Shown: piece by piece, positions 34,607-37,179 of the stretch
Layout of the letters: the number at the start of each line of letters is the position of its first letter
Numbering within the stretch: position 1 is the first letter of the stretch
NCBI RefSeq assembly: GCF_001194135.2
Contig: NC_068983.1
Span: 88,991,464 to 89,028,642 of the forward strand
Origin: Octopus bimaculoides
Taxonomy: Eukaryota
Direction: 5' to 3'
Length of the DNA stretch: 37,179 nucleotides
Program-made: the position numbers and the translations under genes
Notes under the pieces: model-generated
Seen by the model: the letters and a program-made list of their open reading frames with translations, nothing else
The model's database searches: none
What the model was told of the DNA's origin: nothing

Positions 34607-35422
34607 TCTAATATAATAAATGTGAATGTCAGTATGTCACACTTTTTAAAATTTAATAAATCCTTTCTACTGGAAGCACAAGACCTCAAATTTTGGGGAA
34701 AGGTATTAAGTCGATTACATCAACTCCAGTACATAACTGGTACTAATTTTATCAACCCTGAAAGGATGAAAGACAAAGTTGACCTTGGCGGATTTTGAAC
34801 TCAAAACCTAACAGCAGATAAAATACCGCTAAACATTTCTCCCAGTGTGCTAACGATTCTGCCAGTTTGCCACCTTAATATGATATAATATAATAAATGT
34901 GAATGTCAGTGTGTCACATTTTTCAATTTTACTCCTGGAGGCTGTTGTGCAACATATATCATTTTAGAATCAGGCTGACCCCGTGAGTAAATCAAAAACA
35001 TTCCAGGCTGAATCTAGACCCACAATACTGAAATTTTGGATTCTCAAATTTTCATTGCTGTGATTGTTTTCGGTGATTTTTTTATGTAACATTTTGTGAC
35101 AAATTTTTTTGTACAATAACAATTTTTATAATCCAAAGGCCAACTCTGTGAGTAAATTAAAAACACACCGGGCAGAATCCGGACCTGCAATCCTGAAATT
35201 TTGGATTCCTATGTTTTCATTACTGTGATTGTTTCCAGTGATTTTTTTACATGATTTTTAGCGATGAATATGATCATCATTGGGACATGACTCTGGAGGA
35301 AGCAATTGCAACAAATTCTCCAAAACAAGTCAGAGGTTTATTTGCAGATCTTCCTATTCAGGGTCAGTTGCTTAAAAGCTATATACTAACTTAAAAGCTG
35401 CCCTGGGTGGATTTTAAGCTAG
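34607..35422 (+). mobile_element. Non-autonomous Helitron-like element
   Basis: A|TCTAATATAATAAATGTG 5' end; imperfect hairpin at 35390-35418 followed by CTAG|T; two internal ~165 bp tandem units (~34973, ~35138). Confidence 0.55.
34655..34878 (-). mobile_element. Full-length Nin-type tRNA SINE
   Basis: Minus strand AAGGTGGCAAACTGGCAGAATCGTTAG..GAGTTCAAAATCCGCCAAGGTCAACTTTGTCTTTCATCCTTTCAGGGTTGATAAAATTAGTACCAG (Nin/Deu-like central domain). Confidence 0.8.
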
Positions 35423-35602
35423 TATATATATATATATATATATCATTATAAATATACAGGGATTAGCAATTGAGTTGCTTCTCCAACATACTGAAAATTT
35501 AGAAATAGCAGTCAAAGAACTACTGATTCCAAACTACAAATTTTCTCTAAAGTGGATGGCGATATTTGTGGCACACATAGAACAAAAATTACCAAAGATT
35601 AC

Positions 35603-35648
35603 CGTGAATTTTTTTAGAGACACTTTCAAATTTATCAGAATATTGAGG
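35603..35648 (-). CDS. Candidate exon (46 nt, phase 0 to 1): PQYSDKFESVSKKIH
   Basis: Acceptor CTATTCCAATCTTCAG|, donor ACG|GTAATC, open, and in phase with 35875-35732 across an 83 nt intron. Confidence 0.45.
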
Positions 35649-35731
35649 CTGAAGATTGGAATAGTGAAATTTCTATTCACTTAACCATGAAACGATTCGT
35701 ATCCAATTAACTAAAAGCTTGGCTTGTTTAC

Positions 35732-35875
35732 GCTTTTCCCTCCGGTTTTTTGTTCTATGTGTGCCACAAATATCGCCATCCACTTTAGAGAAAATTTGTA
35801 GTTTGGAATCAGTAGTTCTTTGACTGCTATTTCTAAATTTTCAGTATGTTGGAGAAGCAACTCAATTGCTAATCC
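35732..35875 (-). CDS. Candidate N-terminal-region exon (144 nt, phase 0 to 0): GLAIELLLQHTENLEIAVKELLIPNYKFSLKWMAIFVAHIEQKTGGKS
   Basis: AATATACAG| acceptor, GTAAAC donor, 48 open codons in AT-rich DNA. Only loose E.LL....L...KW resemblance to the FAM227B N-terminal region. Confidence 0.45.
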
Positions 35876-35993
35876 CTGTATATTTATAATGATAAATAGT
35901 CTTACCGATAAAGGTTTTTTTCATACTGAACTAGTTGGCAGAATTGTTAATTATTAATTCTATTATTAATTGACGATTCTCTGCTCTTATTCT

Positions 35994-36027
<34 letters not shown>

Positions 36028-36074
36028 CAATAATAAATCTCTGAGCAAGGTATACTCAGCAGTTGCATGACATC

Positions 36075-36561
36075 GTGAAGTATGCTTGCCACTTAAATGT
36101 GGTTAACCCTTAAGGGTGGATGCTACTTGTAGCTTGTAGCCCCAGGAAGATACCTCCTTCAGCTGGCTATTGACATATTTTCTGTACCCTATCACTATTT
36201 GCAAAGGGAAGTCATCCTTCCCATCTTCAACCTGAAGTGATACACAGAGACCTGGGTTTCTTGGTATTGACCCGTCATCAGCGTGTGACAATCACCGGTT
36301 GTCAATGTGAAGTGCATCGGGAAAGCACTTCACATTGACAACTGGTGATTGTCACATGCTGATGACGGATCAATACCCAGAAACCTGGGTCCATGTGTAT
36401 CACATCAGGTTGAAGATGTGAAGGATGACTTCCCTTTGCAAATAGTGATAGGGCACAGAAAGTGTGTCAATAGCAAGCTGGAGGAGGTGTCTTCCTGGGG
36501 CAACAAGGTATAGCATCCACCCTTAAGGGTTAGCTACATTTAAGTGGCAAATATACTTCAC
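36075..36561. repeat. Long fold-back palindrome (~240 bp arms, 9 nt loop at 36316-36324)
   Basis: Arms pair along their length with scattered mismatches; the centre ..GTGAAGTGC-ATCGGGAAA-GCACTTCAC.. is exact. Confidence 0.92.
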
Positions 36562-36576
36562 AATATATACATATAT

Positions 36577-36627
<51 letters not shown>

Positions 36628-36892
36628 TTCATACATATATAAGTTTAGGATTGAAGTGAATCAGTTACCTAAATAATAAAGCACTAAGTTCATGTCAAAG
36701 AAATAGCAATTGCATACAAAAAAATAAATTAGAGGAACATATAACAAAGTAAAATTGCATATATGATTTGTATATATAATCACAAGCACCCAACTGAATA
36801 AACCATGAGTCTAAAGGCTGTATCTCAGAACAAACAGTGCACTTAAGGGACTCCAGATTCATGCTAACTGCAGGTACTGAGTAAGGTAAAAA

Positions 36893-37092
36893 AAACAAAT
36901 AACAACAGATGAATATTGGTTCATTCACTACAACTGTTTCAAATGAATTATTTTTTTATTGATGAATAAAGTTATTAAAAAAAAAACTGTTTTCATCAGA
37001 TGAATATACATTTAAAAAAAACATTCCAAGAATTAACATCATGTGATTCAGCTGTAGTGAATGAACCAATATCCGTCTGGTGTTATTTGTTT
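36893..37092. repeat. MITE-like inverted repeat (~44 bp arms)
   Basis: AAACAAATAACAACAGATGAATATTGGTTCATTCACTACAACTG versus the reverse complement of 37049-37092. Confidence 0.8.
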
Positions 37093-37094
37093 AC

Positions 37095-37122
37095 ATACAC
37101 ACATGTATACATACACACATAC

Positions 37123-37179
<57 letters not shown>
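37095..37179. repeat. (TACA)n/(TA)n microsatellite
   Basis: Seen directly. Similar TA runs at ~23459, 26027, 31399, 34505, 35423, 35994 and 36564. Confidence 0.97.

Larger units (their letters stand above)
35441..35894. repeat. Perfect 148 bp inverted duplication (35441-35588 / 35747-35894, 158 bp spacer)
   Basis: Base-by-base comparison shows no mismatch or indel between the arms. Confidence 0.97.

Noticed and set aside
35475-35684. Plus-strand 69 aa ORF in the track
   Set aside because: It is the left arm of the inverted duplication read into the spacer. The minus-strand reading has coherent splice sites and matches the gene orientation.

Overview
Eukaryotic, AT-rich, microsatellite-dense genomic DNA with two assembly gaps. 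The repeat families (RTE LINEs with (GAT)n tails, tRNA-head SINEs, Nin-type SINEs) point to an octopod cephalopod, probably Octopus (inference). Most of the window is nested, decayed transposons: the 3' end of one Ty3/Gypsy element; a complete older Gypsy (13301-19083, TG..CA LTRs, TTGTC target duplication) interrupted by a Sleeping-Beauty-like IR/DR Tc1; several RTE pieces; an R4/Dong-type relic; a DD41D (rosa/VS) transposase; three mariners; a Merlin/IS1595-type element with ~400 bp inverted arms; Helitron-like elements; and many fold-back palindromes. The ORF track misses a minus-strand spliced gene threaded through these repeats. Its exons at 25577-25451, 23734-23615, 20823-20681 and 5837-5677 join in matching phases and resemble the FAM227 (FWWh-domain) family. 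Two features stand out. The 5837-5677 exon ends at a canonical minor-spliceosome donor (ATATCCTT, AT-AC type). A candidate upstream exon is covered by a perfect 148 bp inverted duplicate in its downstream intron, an editing-complementary-sequence-like layout or else an assembly artefact. All protein assignments are by-eye motif recognition; no searches were run.
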